DNA of 22,120 nucleotides, from contig JAQVDW010000029.1 of NCBI GenBank assembly GCA_028698185.1, positions 1 to 22,120 on the forward strand. Reading direction: 5' to 3'. Both the position numbers and the translations under genes were made by a program. The DNA comes from Erysipelotrichaceae bacterium. GTDB lineage: Bacteria; Bacillota_I; Bacilli_A; Erysipelotrichales; Coprobacillaceae. Of the stretch, positions 1 through 8,403 are shown one piece after another. Position 1 is the first letter of the stretch. Each line of letters opens with the position of its first letter. The notes beneath the pieces are model-generated. The model was not told the DNA's origin, ran no database searches, and worked only from the letters and a program-made list of their open reading frames with translations.

Positions 1-72
1 ACTGTAAATTCAGTTATTGGTGAAGGGTCGAAGTTCGTGGTCAATCTACCAAAGAAATCCAAGGGGCACTAA
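1..72 (+). CDS. 3' end of a sensor histidine kinase gene (5' part outside window)
   Basis: Frame 1 reads TVNSVIGEGSKFVVNLPKKSKGH*. The GxGSxF...LP ending is typical of the HATPase_c C-terminus. Only 23 codons are visible. Confidence 0.45.
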   Translation, partial: TVNSVIGEGSKFVVNLPKKSKGH

Positions 73-87
73 GTTGCCTCTTTTTCA

Positions 88-116
88 TTGATTTTGGCAA
101 GGATAACTGGGATAAT
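88..116 (+). promoter_or_regulatory. Candidate sigma-A promoter for degV
   Basis: TTGATT (88-93), 17-nt spacer, GATAAT (111-116). An AGAGGAG RBS follows before the ATG at 138. Confidence 0.35.
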
Positions 117-137
117 TGAAAAAAGAGGAGATGGATT

Positions 138-1025
138 ATGTTTAAAATAATAACGGACGGATCTTGCGATTTGACTTCGCAATATATCCAGCAACACGAT
201 TTGATAAATGTCCCTTTTTCGATTTCATTCGGGGAGGAATTCAACAAAAAAGAGGGAGTAGAACTCAAGGTGGCGGATTTTTATCGAAAGATGATTGCCA
301 ATCCCAAAGTGTTCCCCAAAACATCGACACCATCAATCGGCGATTATCTCACGGCGATGGAACCGGAGTTGCAGCGGGGATTCGACTTGATAGTCATATG
401 CATCACATCGAAGTTTTCCGGATCTTACAATGCGGCATGCAATGCCAGAGACATGCTTGCTGACAAGTACGCCAACCGGATAGAGGTGATCGACTCTCAG
501 GTCAACACGGTGCTTCAGGGTCTGGTGGTAAAACAGCTGGTGAAGATGCGTGATTCAGGCAAATCGCTTGATGAGCTTCTTGATTATCTGGATGGTTCGC
601 TGGATTCGGGCCGGATTTACTTTACCATCGGATCGATGGATTATCTTGTGGCCGGTGGCCGGGTGGGGAGACTATCCTCTATTGGCGCGAGTCTGTTGTC
701 GATAAAACCAATCATCTGTTTGAAAGAGGGTGAGATCTTCAATGAAGGGCTTAAAAGGGGTCGCAAGAAGGCGTCTGGAGCTGTCATCGAAAAGACAATA
801 TCCCACTTCTGTGAGCATAATCTCAATATCGGTGAATACGATTTTGTCATCGGCTATGGCTATGACCGCGAAGAGGCAGAATACTTCAGGGACCAGCTTG
901 TCGATTCAATCAAAACAGTGTTGAATTTCGAAATCCAAATACCGGAGATAGAGCAGATAGGTGCGACAATCGCCGTGCATACCGGACCATATCCGTTGGG
1001 TGTGGCATTCATCAAAAAGGCATAA
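138..1025 (+). CDS. DegV family fatty-acid-binding protein
   Basis: 295-aa ORF. The N-terminus MFKIITDGSCDL and the overall length and pattern (SGSYN, GRVG motifs) are typical of the DegV/DUF194 family. An RBS lies upstream. Confidence 0.88.
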   Translation: MFKIITDGSCDLTSQYIQQHDLINVPFSISFGEEFNKKEGVELKVADFYRKMIANPKVFPKTSTPSIGDYLTAMEPELQRGFDLIVICITSKFSGSYNAACNARDMLADKYANRIEVIDSQVNTVLQGLVVKQLVKMRDSGKSLDELLDYLDGSLDSGRIYFTIGSMDYLVAGGRVGRLSSIGASLLSIKPIICLKEGEIFNEGLKRGRKKASGAVIEKTISHFCEHNLNIGEYDFVIGYGYDREEAEYFRDQLVDSIKTVLNFEIQIPEIEQIGATIAVHTGPYPLGVAFIKKA

Positions 1026-1086
1026 AAAAATTCCTCAATTGCAGACAGCACCTGAAGCAGGCGAAATCTGTTTTTGAGGAATTTTT
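1026..1086. terminator. Bidirectional terminator between convergent degV and asd
   Basis: AAAAATTCCTCAA (1026-1038) pairs with TTGAGGAATTTTT (1074-1086), giving a 13-bp outer stem. The interior also pairs (CCTG aag CAGG). A/T tracts lie on both sides. Confidence 0.6.
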
Positions 1087-1093
1087 CAATTTG

Positions 1094-2128
1094 TTATAAA
1101 ATACCCATTTCGATCATTTTCAATCCGATGTCGATTGAGTTGTATGCGGCACCTTTCATCAATTGGTCAGATACAGCCCACATGTTCAGACCGTGGTCAG
1201 AGAACAAGTCTTGACGGACACGTCCGACATGCACCATTTCATCACCGATGAATGCCGTTGGCATAGGGTAGATTTGGTTTGCTAGATCATCATAAAGGTG
1301 AACCCCTGTGGAGTTTGCCAATACCTCGAACACAAGTGGCATGTCCAAAGGTTTTTTTGTTTGGATATGGATTGATTCGCTGTGCCCGCGAAGTACAGGA
1401 ACTCGGACACAAGTCGCATTGACTTTGATGTCTTTTCCGAATATTTTTTTGGTTTCGTTAACCATTTTCATTTCTTCTTTTGAATATCCGTTTTCAAGGT
1501 TGAAAACGTCTACTTGAGGAATGCAGTTGAATGCGATTGGATAGTGTTTCTTGTCACCGCCAGAAGGCAATACTTTGGCGATTGGTTCTTTTCCATCAAG
1601 AACATCACGTGATTGGGCATATAGTTCGTCCATCGCTGCCACACCGGCACCTGAAACAGCTTGGTAAGTTGAAACTGTGATTTTTTCAATTCCGAAAACT
1701 TCTTCGATTCGGTTCACTGCTGAACACATCATGATAGTAGTGCAGTTTGGATTGGCGATGATACCCTTATGGTCTCTCAATGCTTCGCTGTTTACTTCAG
1801 GAACAACCAGTGGCACGTTAGGATCCATTCTGAAATGTGAAGAGTTGTCGATGTTTACGCATCCGGCTTTGACGGCAGCATCCATATACTTTTCTGAAAT
1901 TGATCCACCAGCTGACCAGAAAGCAACATCAATGCCTTCGAAACTGTCGGCTGTCAGTTCTTCAACGACGAAATCGATTCCGTTTTGGCTGATTGTCTTA
2001 CCTGCGGAACGTGCCGATGCCAATAATTTGATTGATTCGTATGGGAAATTGAATTCCAAGACACATCTAAGCATTTCGCTTCCTACCGCTCCGGTTGCTC
2101 CGACGATAGCTACATTATATTTTTTCAT
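1094..2128 (-). CDS. asd: Aspartate-semialdehyde dehydrogenase
   Basis: 344 aa. It has the N-terminal Rossmann motif VAIVGATGAVG and the active-site region IANPNCTTI (Cys nucleophile). The RBS is AGGAGAAAATATG. Confidence 0.95.
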   Translation of the reverse strand: MKKYNVAIVGATGAVGSEMLRCVLEFNFPYESIKLLASARSAGKTISQNGIDFVVEELTADSFEGIDVAFWSAGGSISEKYMDAAVKAGCVNIDNSSHFRMDPNVPLVVPEVNSEALRDHKGIIANPNCTTIMMCSAVNRIEEVFGIEKITVSTYQAVSGAGVAAMDELYAQSRDVLDGKEPIAKVLPSGGDKKHYPIAFNCIPQVDVFNLENGYSKEEMKMVNETKKIFGKDIKVNATCVRVPVLRGHSESIHIQTKKPLDMPLVFEVLANSTGVHLYDDLANQIYPMPTAFIGDEMVHVGRVRQDLFSDHGLNMWAVSDQLMKGAAYNSIDIGLKMIEMGIL

Positions 2129-2136
2129 ATTTTCTC

Positions 2137-3288
2137 CTATCCGTGTACTTTGAAGTAAACACTGTCCTGTTCTAGTAATGGTTTTAGATCCTCAAGTTCC
2201 ATTTCTTTTGTGAAATAGATGTGATCATCTTGTTTTGAATAATATTCGATGTAATCGACGTCGATCGGTTTTGAACATCTGATGTAATACTTCGCCTTCG
2301 TGATTGGTTGGACGTTTTGGCAGTCCTCGTATTCATGACTCCACAAATCGTTTTGGTGGGTCTTGATGATATCACTGACAACAGCTGATGCCGTAACGTA
2401 GCGACCAGCCCCCTTGCCATAGTAAAGAACGTTTTCAAGATAATCGGTGTCGATCTCTACAACATTGTAGGCGTCCATTACGTTAGCGACCAACATCTCT
2501 TTATTCACCAATGATGTCGAGACATCAATCCCGATTCCGTCATCAAGTTTTTTAGCCTGGGCAATCAGTTTGATGCGATAACCGAATTTCATTGCGTAAT
2601 TCATATCCTTTTTTGTCACTGAACGGATTCCGTTGCATTGGATCTTGTCGGCGTCAATGAACTGGTTGAATCCGTTTTGGGCCAGGATGCAGATCTTATG
2701 CGCGGCATCGATTCCATCCAAATCAAGGGCCGGATTCGCTTCAACATAGCCAAGACTCTCAGCGATAGCCAACGCCTCGTTGAAGTCCAAGTTGTCTTTT
2801 TCCATCAAAGTCAAAATGAAGTTGGTTGTTCCATTAAGGATACCGGTGATTTTTTTTGTATTATTGGCAACAAGGCTTTCCTTTTGGGATACCAGAACCG
2901 GAATTCCGCCCCCAACGCTTGCTTCATATAAGATGTGACAATTGTTTTCGTTGGCACATTGGTATATTTCTTTGCCATAGTGGGCAATCAAAGCTTTGTT
3001 TGCGGTAACCACATGTTTTTTTGCTTCAAGTGCTTCTAAGATTATTTTTTTCGCAATGGTAGTTCCGCCGATCAACTCGACAACGACATCTATATCTTTA
3101 TCATTGATCACTTCTTTGTAATCTTTGGTTGCGATTATGCCATTAGGCAACTCGACATCATCAAGACTGCAGCCGTATTTAACTACGACTTCCTGTCCGA
3201 TCAATTTCTCTAAACGTTTTTTTTCTTTGGTCAAAATATCAACGACACCGTAACCGACGGTACCTAATCCGATAACCCCAATTTGCAT
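2137..3288 (-). CDS. hom: Homoserine dehydrogenase
   Basis: The ORF extends to 3348, but the ATG at 3288 (MQIGVIGLGTVGYGV, NAD-binding GxGxxG) is preceded by GGAGG at 6-nt spacing. TANK and EASVGGGIP motifs are present, with an ACT-like C-terminus. The stop lies 8 nt before the asd start, indicating a hom-asd operon. Confidence 0.9.
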   Translation of the reverse strand: MQIGVIGLGTVGYGVVDILTKEKKRLEKLIGQEVVVKYGCSLDDVELPNGIIATKDYKEVINDKDIDVVVELIGGTTIAKKIILEALEAKKHVVTANKALIAHYGKEIYQCANENNCHILYEASVGGGIPVLVSQKESLVANNTKKITGILNGTTNFILTLMEKDNLDFNEALAIAESLGYVEANPALDLDGIDAAHKICILAQNGFNQFIDADKIQCNGIRSVTKKDMNYAMKFGYRIKLIAQAKKLDDGIGIDVSTSLVNKEMLVANVMDAYNVVEIDTDYLENVLYYGKGAGRYVTASAVVSDIIKTHQNDLWSHEYEDCQNVQPITKAKYYIRCSKPIDVDYIEYYSKQDDHIYFTKEMELEDLKPLLEQDSVYFKVHG

Positions 3289-3319
3289 AAGAACCTCCAT
3301 ACTTTCCAAGATTTTTTTT

Positions 3320-3348
3320 ATATTATCATTGTTGTATACAAAAGTCAA
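3320..3348 (-). promoter_or_regulatory. Sigma-A promoter for hom-asd
   Basis: The minus strand reads TTGACT (3348-3343), a 17-nt spacer, then TGaTAATAT (extended -10, hexamer 3325-3320). It lies about 30 nt upstream of the hom ATG. Confidence 0.6.
3332..3341. promoter_or_regulatory. Perfect palindrome TTGTATACAA, copy 1 (inside the hom promoter spacer)
   Basis: Exact 10-bp palindrome read directly from the sequence. It occupies spacer positions 2-11 between the hom -35 and -10. Confidence 0.45.
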
Positions 3349-3445
3349 TTAAGGGATTGTCATTTATTTAATTTAAGAATAATACGGTGAATAATGCCGT
3401 CTTTGTTTGGCAAAAACACAAATAAATTGTTAAATTCTATAAACG

Positions 3446-3455
3446 TTGTATACAA
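3446..3455. promoter_or_regulatory. Perfect palindrome TTGTATACAA, copy 2 (3 nt upstream of the thrC -35)
   Basis: Exact repeat of copy 1. The centres are 114 bp apart. Confidence 0.45.
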
Positions 3456-3458
3456 TTA

Positions 3459-3487
3459 TTGACAAGTTAAAGATAATCAAATACAAT
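3459..3487 (+). promoter_or_regulatory. Sigma-A promoter for thrC-thrB
   Basis: TTGACA (3459-3464), 17-nt spacer, TACAAT (3482-3487). A GGAGG RBS and the ATG at 3512 follow. Confidence 0.65.
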
Positions 3488-3511
3488 GAATGTAATTTGG
3501 AGGATGTTTTT

Positions 3512-4990
3512 ATGGAAAAACAATATATCAGCACCCGGCAAGGGCAAAAACCATTAAATTTTTATGAAGCTATCGTACAAGGGATTGGCGATGACGGCGG
3601 ACTTCTGGTCCCTGATTTTGACTTTGAGAAATTAAACTTGGAAAGTTTGTTAAACCTAAATTATGTTGAATTGGCATCTAAAATCATTTCTACTTTTGTT
3701 GATGAAGATGGGCATCAATTGATAAGAGAAGCTTGCCAAAAGGCTTATGGCGACGGTCTGTTCCCCCAAGAAGTGGTTCCTGTTGTAAAAGTCGGTAAAG
3801 ACTATATTGGTGAATTGTTCCAAGGGCCAACAGCGGCATTCAAGGATATGGCTTTATCTTTATTGCCTCATCTGATGACATTGTCATTAAAACAGCTTAA
3901 AGAAACCCGCGAAGTAATGATCCTGGCGGCGACAAGCGGCGACACTGGTAAAGCGGCGCTTGAAGGATTCAAAGATGTTGAAGGAACCAAAATCATCGTC
4001 TTCTACCCTTCTGATGGTGTAAGCAATATCCAGAAGCAACAAATGGTTTCGCAAACAGGAAAGAATGTGGAAGTCATCGGAATCACCGGGAACTTTGACG
4101 ATGCGCAAACTGCAGTAAAACAAGCATTCAACTCTCAAGAGTTGAAAGAAGTCTCATTGCAAAATGACGTATTCCTTTCATCAGCGAATTCAATCAATGT
4201 CGGACGTCTGATTCCTCAGGTAGTGTATTACTTCTATTCATATATGCAATTAGTTCGCGACGGTGAAATCGCAATGGGCGACAAAATCAATTTCTGTGTT
4301 CCTTCAGGAAACTTCGGAAACTGTCTTGCAGGATGGTTCGCGAAAAACATGGGTCTTCCAGTAAACCAATTCATCGCAGGAAGCAACAAGAACAATATCC
4401 TTACTGATTTCTTCAATACCGGTGAATATGACGCCAACCGTGAATTCTACAAGACCAACGCTCCAGCCATGGATATCCTGGTTTCAAGCAACCTTGAACG
4501 TCTGGTTTATTTCATGTCAGAAGACAAAGCCAAAGTTGGTCAATATATGGAAGAATTGAAAACAAACGGCGTTTACAAGGTCGATGCTGCGACTTTCGCA
4601 AGAATCCAAAGCGAATTCAAAGCTGGATGCCTGAGTGAACAGGAAGTTCTTGATGCAATCAAAGAATGTTATGACAAAACCGGATATCTGCTGGATACAC
4701 ATACGGCAATCGGTTATGGAGTCCTTAAAAATTATCAGGAAAAATCAGGTGATGACACTAAGACAGTCATCCTGTCTACAGCTTCACCATACAAATTCCC
4801 TGAATCGGTATATTATGCTTTAACCAATGAAGATTTGGATGTATATGAAGCCATCGACAAGTTGGAAGAGTACACTAAAGTTCCGGTACCTAAGGCTCTT
4901 CAAGGAATCAAAGACCGTGAAGTGCTGCACACTTTACAAATAAACAAAGAAGATATCATTGCGACAATCAAAGATCGCTTGACTAAATAA
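3512..4990 (+). CDS. thrC: Threonine synthase (long form)
   Basis: The ORF opens at 3446, but the ATG at 3512 has GGAGG 8 nt upstream. The PLP-lysine motif PTAAFKDMAL and the SSANSINVGRL and SGNFGN motifs are typical of ThrC. Confidence 0.92.
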   Translation: MEKQYISTRQGQKPLNFYEAIVQGIGDDGGLLVPDFDFEKLNLESLLNLNYVELASKIISTFVDEDGHQLIREACQKAYGDGLFPQEVVPVVKVGKDYIGELFQGPTAAFKDMALSLLPHLMTLSLKQLKETREVMILAATSGDTGKAALEGFKDVEGTKIIVFYPSDGVSNIQKQQMVSQTGKNVEVIGITGNFDDAQTAVKQAFNSQELKEVSLQNDVFLSSANSINVGRLIPQVVYYFYSYMQLVRDGEIAMGDKINFCVPSGNFGNCLAGWFAKNMGLPVNQFIAGSNKNNILTDFFNTGEYDANREFYKTNAPAMDILVSSNLERLVYFMSEDKAKVGQYMEELKTNGVYKVDAATFARIQSEFKAGCLSEQEVLDAIKECYDKTGYLLDTHTAIGYGVLKNYQEKSGDDTKTVILSTASPYKFPESVYYALTNEDLDVYEAIDKLEEYTKVPVPKALQGIKDREVLHTLQINKEDIIATIKDRLTK

Positions 4991-4991
4991 T

Positions 4992-5885
4992 ATGCAAGTA
5001 CGTGTAAAAGTGCCAGCGACATCAGCAAATCTCGGCCCAGGTTTTGATGTCGCCGGACTGGCGTTAACTCTCTACAATACCTTTGTTTTCGAACTGCAGG
5101 AAAATGGCCTAGAAATAACCGGAACACCACCGCAGTTTGCGAATGAGGATAATATGACCTATCAGGCTTTCGCTCAAGCCGCTCAAAGATGCGGTCTGGA
5201 ATTTGGCGGAGTCAAGATCGATTTTAGCGGCGATGTGCCATACACTCGCGGCTTGGGTTCATCATCAACCTGCATTGTTGCGGGAATCGTGGCGGCATTC
5301 GCCTTCAAAAACCACAACCCCGACCGTCAAGCGGTATTGGAATTGGCTACCGAGATTGAAGGGCATCCCGACAATGTCGCACCAGCCATTTTCGGGGGCA
5401 TGACCGTATCGGTGATGGACAACGAAAAGGTTAAGACCCTGAACCTGCCTATCAAAAACGATTACCGGTTCGTGGCTTTGATTCCACCGTTCACATTGTC
5501 GACTGAGGCTTCACGAAAAGTGCTTCCTGAAACCTTGACCCGCAAAGACGCGATTTCCAATGTGGCGCATCTTGCCCTATTGGTGGCATCACTTCTAAAC
5601 GGTGACGACGCTGGATTGAAGCAAGGTTTCCATGACTCTTTGCATCAGCCATATCGTGGCAAACTGATTAAAGGATATCAGGAGATCATGGATATCCTGG
5701 CTCAGGACGACAAGGTATTGGGGTGCTATCTTTCAGGTGCCGGTCCGACACTTATGGCGTTGATCAGCGAAAAAGATACGCTGGGAGTAGTCCGGATCAA
5801 GGAAGAGCTTGGCGAACTGCTTGAAGATTGGCAAGTTGTCAAGCTGGAATTGGATACCCGCGGCTACACTGTGGATTTCGAATAA
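4992..5885 (+). CDS. thrB: Homoserine kinase
   Basis: 297 aa. It carries the GHMP kinase signature PATSANLGPGFD and the GLGSSS motif. It starts 1 nt after the thrC stop, suggesting translational coupling. Confidence 0.92.
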   Translation: MQVRVKVPATSANLGPGFDVAGLALTLYNTFVFELQENGLEITGTPPQFANEDNMTYQAFAQAAQRCGLEFGGVKIDFSGDVPYTRGLGSSSTCIVAGIVAAFAFKNHNPDRQAVLELATEIEGHPDNVAPAIFGGMTVSVMDNEKVKTLNLPIKNDYRFVALIPPFTLSTEASRKVLPETLTRKDAISNVAHLALLVASLLNGDDAGLKQGFHDSLHQPYRGKLIKGYQEIMDILAQDDKVLGCYLSGAGPTLMALISEKDTLGVVRIKEELGELLEDWQVVKLELDTRGYTVDFE

Positions 5886-5890
5886 TTTTT

Positions 5891-5926
5891 GTCATCGGCT
5901 CAAAAGGCTGGTGACTTTTTCTTTTT
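5891..5926 (+). terminator. Rho-independent terminator after thrB
   Basis: GTCATCGGCT/GGCTGGTGAC forms a stem of about 10 bp including G-U pairs, with loop CAAAA. It is followed by TTTTTCTTTTT. Confidence 0.65.
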
Positions 5927-5991
5927 CACCGACCGTTATAGTTGTATAAATGGTGCGTCTGATGTAGTATAATGATATGTGGAGGAGTCCT

Positions 5992-6669
5992 ATGGATTTT
6001 ACTAAAAGAACAGAATTATTGCTGCAAAAAGAAGGAGTCGATAGCCTTGCCAAGAAAAAGGTTGCCGTGCTGGGATTGGGCGGAGTTGGCGGCTACGTTG
6101 TGGAAATATTGGCCCGCAGCGGAATCGGCCACTTGGTTCTTATCGACAACGACACGGTCGATGTCACGAACATCAATCGCCAGATTATCGCCCTGCATTC
6201 GACTGTTGATCAGGCAAAATGCGAATTGTTCAAGATGCGATGCAAGGATATCAACCCGGAAATCAGGATTACCGCCTACCAGGAGTTCTATTTGCCAGGA
6301 CAAGATCAGGAACATATGTTTAGCGATTGCGATTATGTTATCGACGCGATTGACACTATCACCGGCAAGCTCGGGGTGATCGAGTACTGCAAAAAGCATG
6401 ATATCCCGGTGATATCGGCAATGGGAACGGGTAATAAACTGAATCCGGAATTGTTGCAAATCAGTGATATATATAAGACAAGTGTATGCCCGCTGGCCCG
6501 CGTTATGCGCCGCGAGTTGAAAAAAAGGAATATCAGGGACCTCGACGTCGTCTTTTCAACTGAGGATCCGGTAAAATTGAATCAAAGAACGCCTGGATCA
6601 GTTCCATTTGTGCCAAGTGTGGCCGGGATACTGATTGGCGGATTTGTAGTAAAAAAATTAGCGAGGTGA
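5992..6669 (+). CDS. tcdA: ThiF/HesA-family protein, tRNA threonylcarbamoyladenosine dehydratase (TcdA/YrvM)-like
   Basis: The start is taken at ATG 5992 (GGAGG 6 nt upstream; the ORF track starts at 5977). It has VAVLGLGGVGG Rossmann and DxDxVxxxNxNRQ motifs. Its size and pattern match the TcdA-like subfamily rather than ThiF/MoeB. TATAAT lies at 5968-5973. Confidence 0.75.
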   Translation: MDFTKRTELLLQKEGVDSLAKKKVAVLGLGGVGGYVVEILARSGIGHLVLIDNDTVDVTNINRQIIALHSTVDQAKCELFKMRCKDINPEIRITAYQEFYLPGQDQEHMFSDCDYVIDAIDTITGKLGVIEYCKKHDIPVISAMGTGNKLNPELLQISDIYKTSVCPLARVMRRELKKRNIRDLDVVFSTEDPVKLNQRTPGSVPFVPSVAGILIGGFVVKKLAR

Positions 6670-6673
6670 GATT

Positions 6674-6901
6674 ATGGATCATATGGTGGAATTGGATATT
6701 GAAAAATATCTTGAAAATGGGAAGTTGATTGTCAAAGAAACATGCAAGCGGGAGTTGACTGACGAACAGCTTACGGTATTGACTAAAGATATTTTGTTGG
6801 CTTTGAACATGTATGGCGGGGATTTTGCCGATGCAAATATTGTCGAGATGACAAAGCAATATATGCGTAGTGGCGGTATCGATCGCTGCCTCAAGATGTA
6901 A
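6674..6901 (+). CDS. Hypothetical small protein (75 aa)
   Basis: A GAGGTG RBS lies 5 nt upstream and the start is 4 nt after the tcdA stop. The acidic, helical-looking sequence has no family I recognise. Confidence 0.45.
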   Translation: MDHMVELDIEKYLENGKLIVKETCKRELTDEQLTVLTKDILLALNMYGGDFADANIVEMTKQYMRSGGIDRCLKM

Positions 6902-6918
6902 TTTCGGGAGGACAGGAT

Positions 6919-7806
6919 ATGGACTTATTATCCCAAGATGGAAAATTCAATCTGAATGTGAATTTAGAAGTGCCTGATAATCCCTGCGGAGTTTTGTTGT
7001 GCCTTCATGACATGGCCGACCATCAGGGACGTTACTCAGGTCTTTTGAAGTTTGCCGCCAAAAGCGGTTTTGTCGGATGCGCGTATGACCAGCGGGGACA
7101 TGGCAAGGATCTGACGTTTGATTCATTGGGCTATTTCAATGATGTCAGCGGCAAACAGATTGTAAACGATGTAGATGTGGTTGTTGAATTCCTAACAGAT
7201 AAATTTCCAGACAAGCCGATTCATATTTTTGGACAGGGTATGGGAGCACTGATTGCAAAAAACTACCTGCAAAAAAACGATGCCAAAATAACCAAAGTGG
7301 TGCTGGCGGGATCGCCTTCATATAATAGGATGACAAAGCTGAATTTGAATATGGCAAGAACGATGGCCAATGTCGATTATCGCGGTCATGCCAAGATATT
7401 GAAGGATCTATTTTTTGGCAACCTGTACAAGGCTTTTGGAACCAAGGGTGGTTATGACTATCTTTCGAAAAATAGCCAGAACGTCATAGATTACCAGAAT
7501 GATCCCTATTGCGGTTTCGAGTATACCAATAATGGCTATTTGAACCTGGCCAAACTGCAACTGCGGGCGTACAAAAAGAGCCTTTATCTCAAGAACAATC
7601 CGGATCTTAAAGTCCTCTTCATAGCTGGAAGCAAGGATCCGGTAATTGACGGGGTCAAAGCTTTCAATGACCAGCTGGACTTTATGGAAGCGCTAGGATA
7701 CCTTGTCACAAGCAAACTGTATGGTGATTGCCGCCATGAAATATTGAATGAAAACATCAAGCAGACAGTATATCAGGACATAGTTGAATTTCTTAAAAAT
7801 GCCTAG
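6919..7806 (+). CDS. Alpha/beta hydrolase fold protein (lysophospholipase / Hydrolase_4-like) with Gly at the nucleophile position
   Basis: GGGAGGA RBS. DQRGHGKD, the nucleophile-elbow region IHIFGQGMGA, AGSKDPVID (Asp) and CRHEILNE (His) align with the monoacylglycerol-lipase/YtpA-like pattern. The canonical GHSMGG elbow reads GQGMGA here. Confidence 0.8.
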   Translation: MDLLSQDGKFNLNVNLEVPDNPCGVLLCLHDMADHQGRYSGLLKFAAKSGFVGCAYDQRGHGKDLTFDSLGYFNDVSGKQIVNDVDVVVEFLTDKFPDKPIHIFGQGMGALIAKNYLQKNDAKITKVVLAGSPSYNRMTKLNLNMARTMANVDYRGHAKILKDLFFGNLYKAFGTKGGYDYLSKNSQNVIDYQNDPYCGFEYTNNGYLNLAKLQLRAYKKSLYLKNNPDLKVLFIAGSKDPVIDGVKAFNDQLDFMEALGYLVTSKLYGDCRHEILNENIKQTVYQDIVEFLKNA

Positions 7807-7870
7807 TGGAATCGGCAAAAAGATGATAAAATTATGCCGATAAATCAATGAAAAATTAATTGTTTTGTAG

Positions 7871-7899
7871 TTGACTTTACTTGATAGTTTCTCTATAAT
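7871..7899 (+). promoter_or_regulatory. Consensus sigma-A promoter for rplM-rpsI
   Basis: TTGACT (7871-7876), 17-nt spacer, TATAAT (7894-7899). A leader of about 48 nt runs to the ATG at 7954. Confidence 0.7.
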
Positions 7900-7953
7900 A
7901 GTATTGTTCATTACGAACTCTAAGTCCCCGGTAAGGATATAGGAGAATATAAA

Positions 7954-8391
7954 ATGAGACAAACAACAATGGCAAATGCTGCCACAATTGAAAGAAAATG
8001 GTATGTTATCGATGCTGCTGGATTAACTTTAGGACGTTTAGCATCAGAAGTAGCTACAGTGTTAAGAGGGAAAAACAAACCTACTTACACACCACATGTT
8101 GACTGTGGAGATTACGTAATCGTAGTAAACGCAGAAAAAGTTGTAATGACTGGAAAAAAATTAGATAGCGTTAAATACTATCGTCACTCAGGATGGTTAG
8201 GTGGTTTAAAAGTTAAAACTGCTCGCCAATTCCAAGATCAAAACCCTACTGGATTCGTGGAAGCTGCTGTTAAAGGGATGTTACCACATAACACATTAGG
8301 AAGAAAACAAGGTATGAAATTATTCGTTTACACTGGTAGTGAACATCCACATGCTGCTCAAAAACCAGAAGTTATGGAATTTAAAGGATAG
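7954..8391 (+). CDS. rplM: 50S ribosomal protein L13
   Basis: [21 protein letters not shown]...[12 protein letters not shown] closely matches bacterial L13. An AGGAG RBS is present. Confidence 0.97.
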   Translation: MRQTTMANAATIERKWYVIDAAGLTLGRLASEVATVLRGKNKPTYTPHVDCGDYVIVVNAEKVVMTGKKLDSVKYYRHSGWLGGLKVKTARQFQDQNPTGFVEAAVKGMLPHNTLGRKQGMKLFVYTGSEHPHAAQKPEVMEFKG

Positions 8392-8403
8392 GGAGGAAAG
8401 ATA

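Noticed and set aside
3289-3348. N-terminal extensions offered by the ORF track for hom (to 3348), thrC (from 3446), tcdA (5977), the response regulator (11716), the MATE gene (18795) and tnpB (15856)
   Set aside because: In each case an internal ATG has a GGAGG-type RBS at proper spacing and coincides with the start of the conserved domain. The extensions run through promoters or terminators.
5972-6459. Alternative-frame ORF (5972-6379, plus strand) and antisense ORF (6016-6459, minus strand) over tcdA
   Set aside because: The frame with the GxGxxG Rossmann and NRQ motifs is clearly the real one. The others lack signals and motifs.
4992-6669. Adjacency of threonine biosynthesis genes and a t6A-modifying TcdA-like gene as a functional threonine/t6A module
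   Set aside because: A terminator (5891-5926) and a separate -10 element lie between thrB and tcdA. The link is thematic only and most likely coincidental.
7811-7841. ATCGGCA...TGCCGAT hairpin after the hydrolase gene as a terminator
   Set aside because: It is a 7-bp stem with a 17-nt loop and no following T-tract, so it is weak as an intrinsic terminator and was left uncalled.
7900-7953. Possible ribosomal-protein L13 leader autoregulatory RNA upstream of rplM
   Set aside because: I see only a short GTTC-attac-GAAC hairpin. I cannot verify a match to the Rfam L13_leader model by eye, and a cmscan would be needed.
7693-7962. 89-aa minus-strand ORF across the rplM promoter region, and the 67-aa minus-strand ORF at 9353-9556 across the gal leader
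   Set aside because: Both are AT-rich intergenic read-throughs overlapping strong promoters and the starts of real genes. Neither has an RBS or recognisable motifs.
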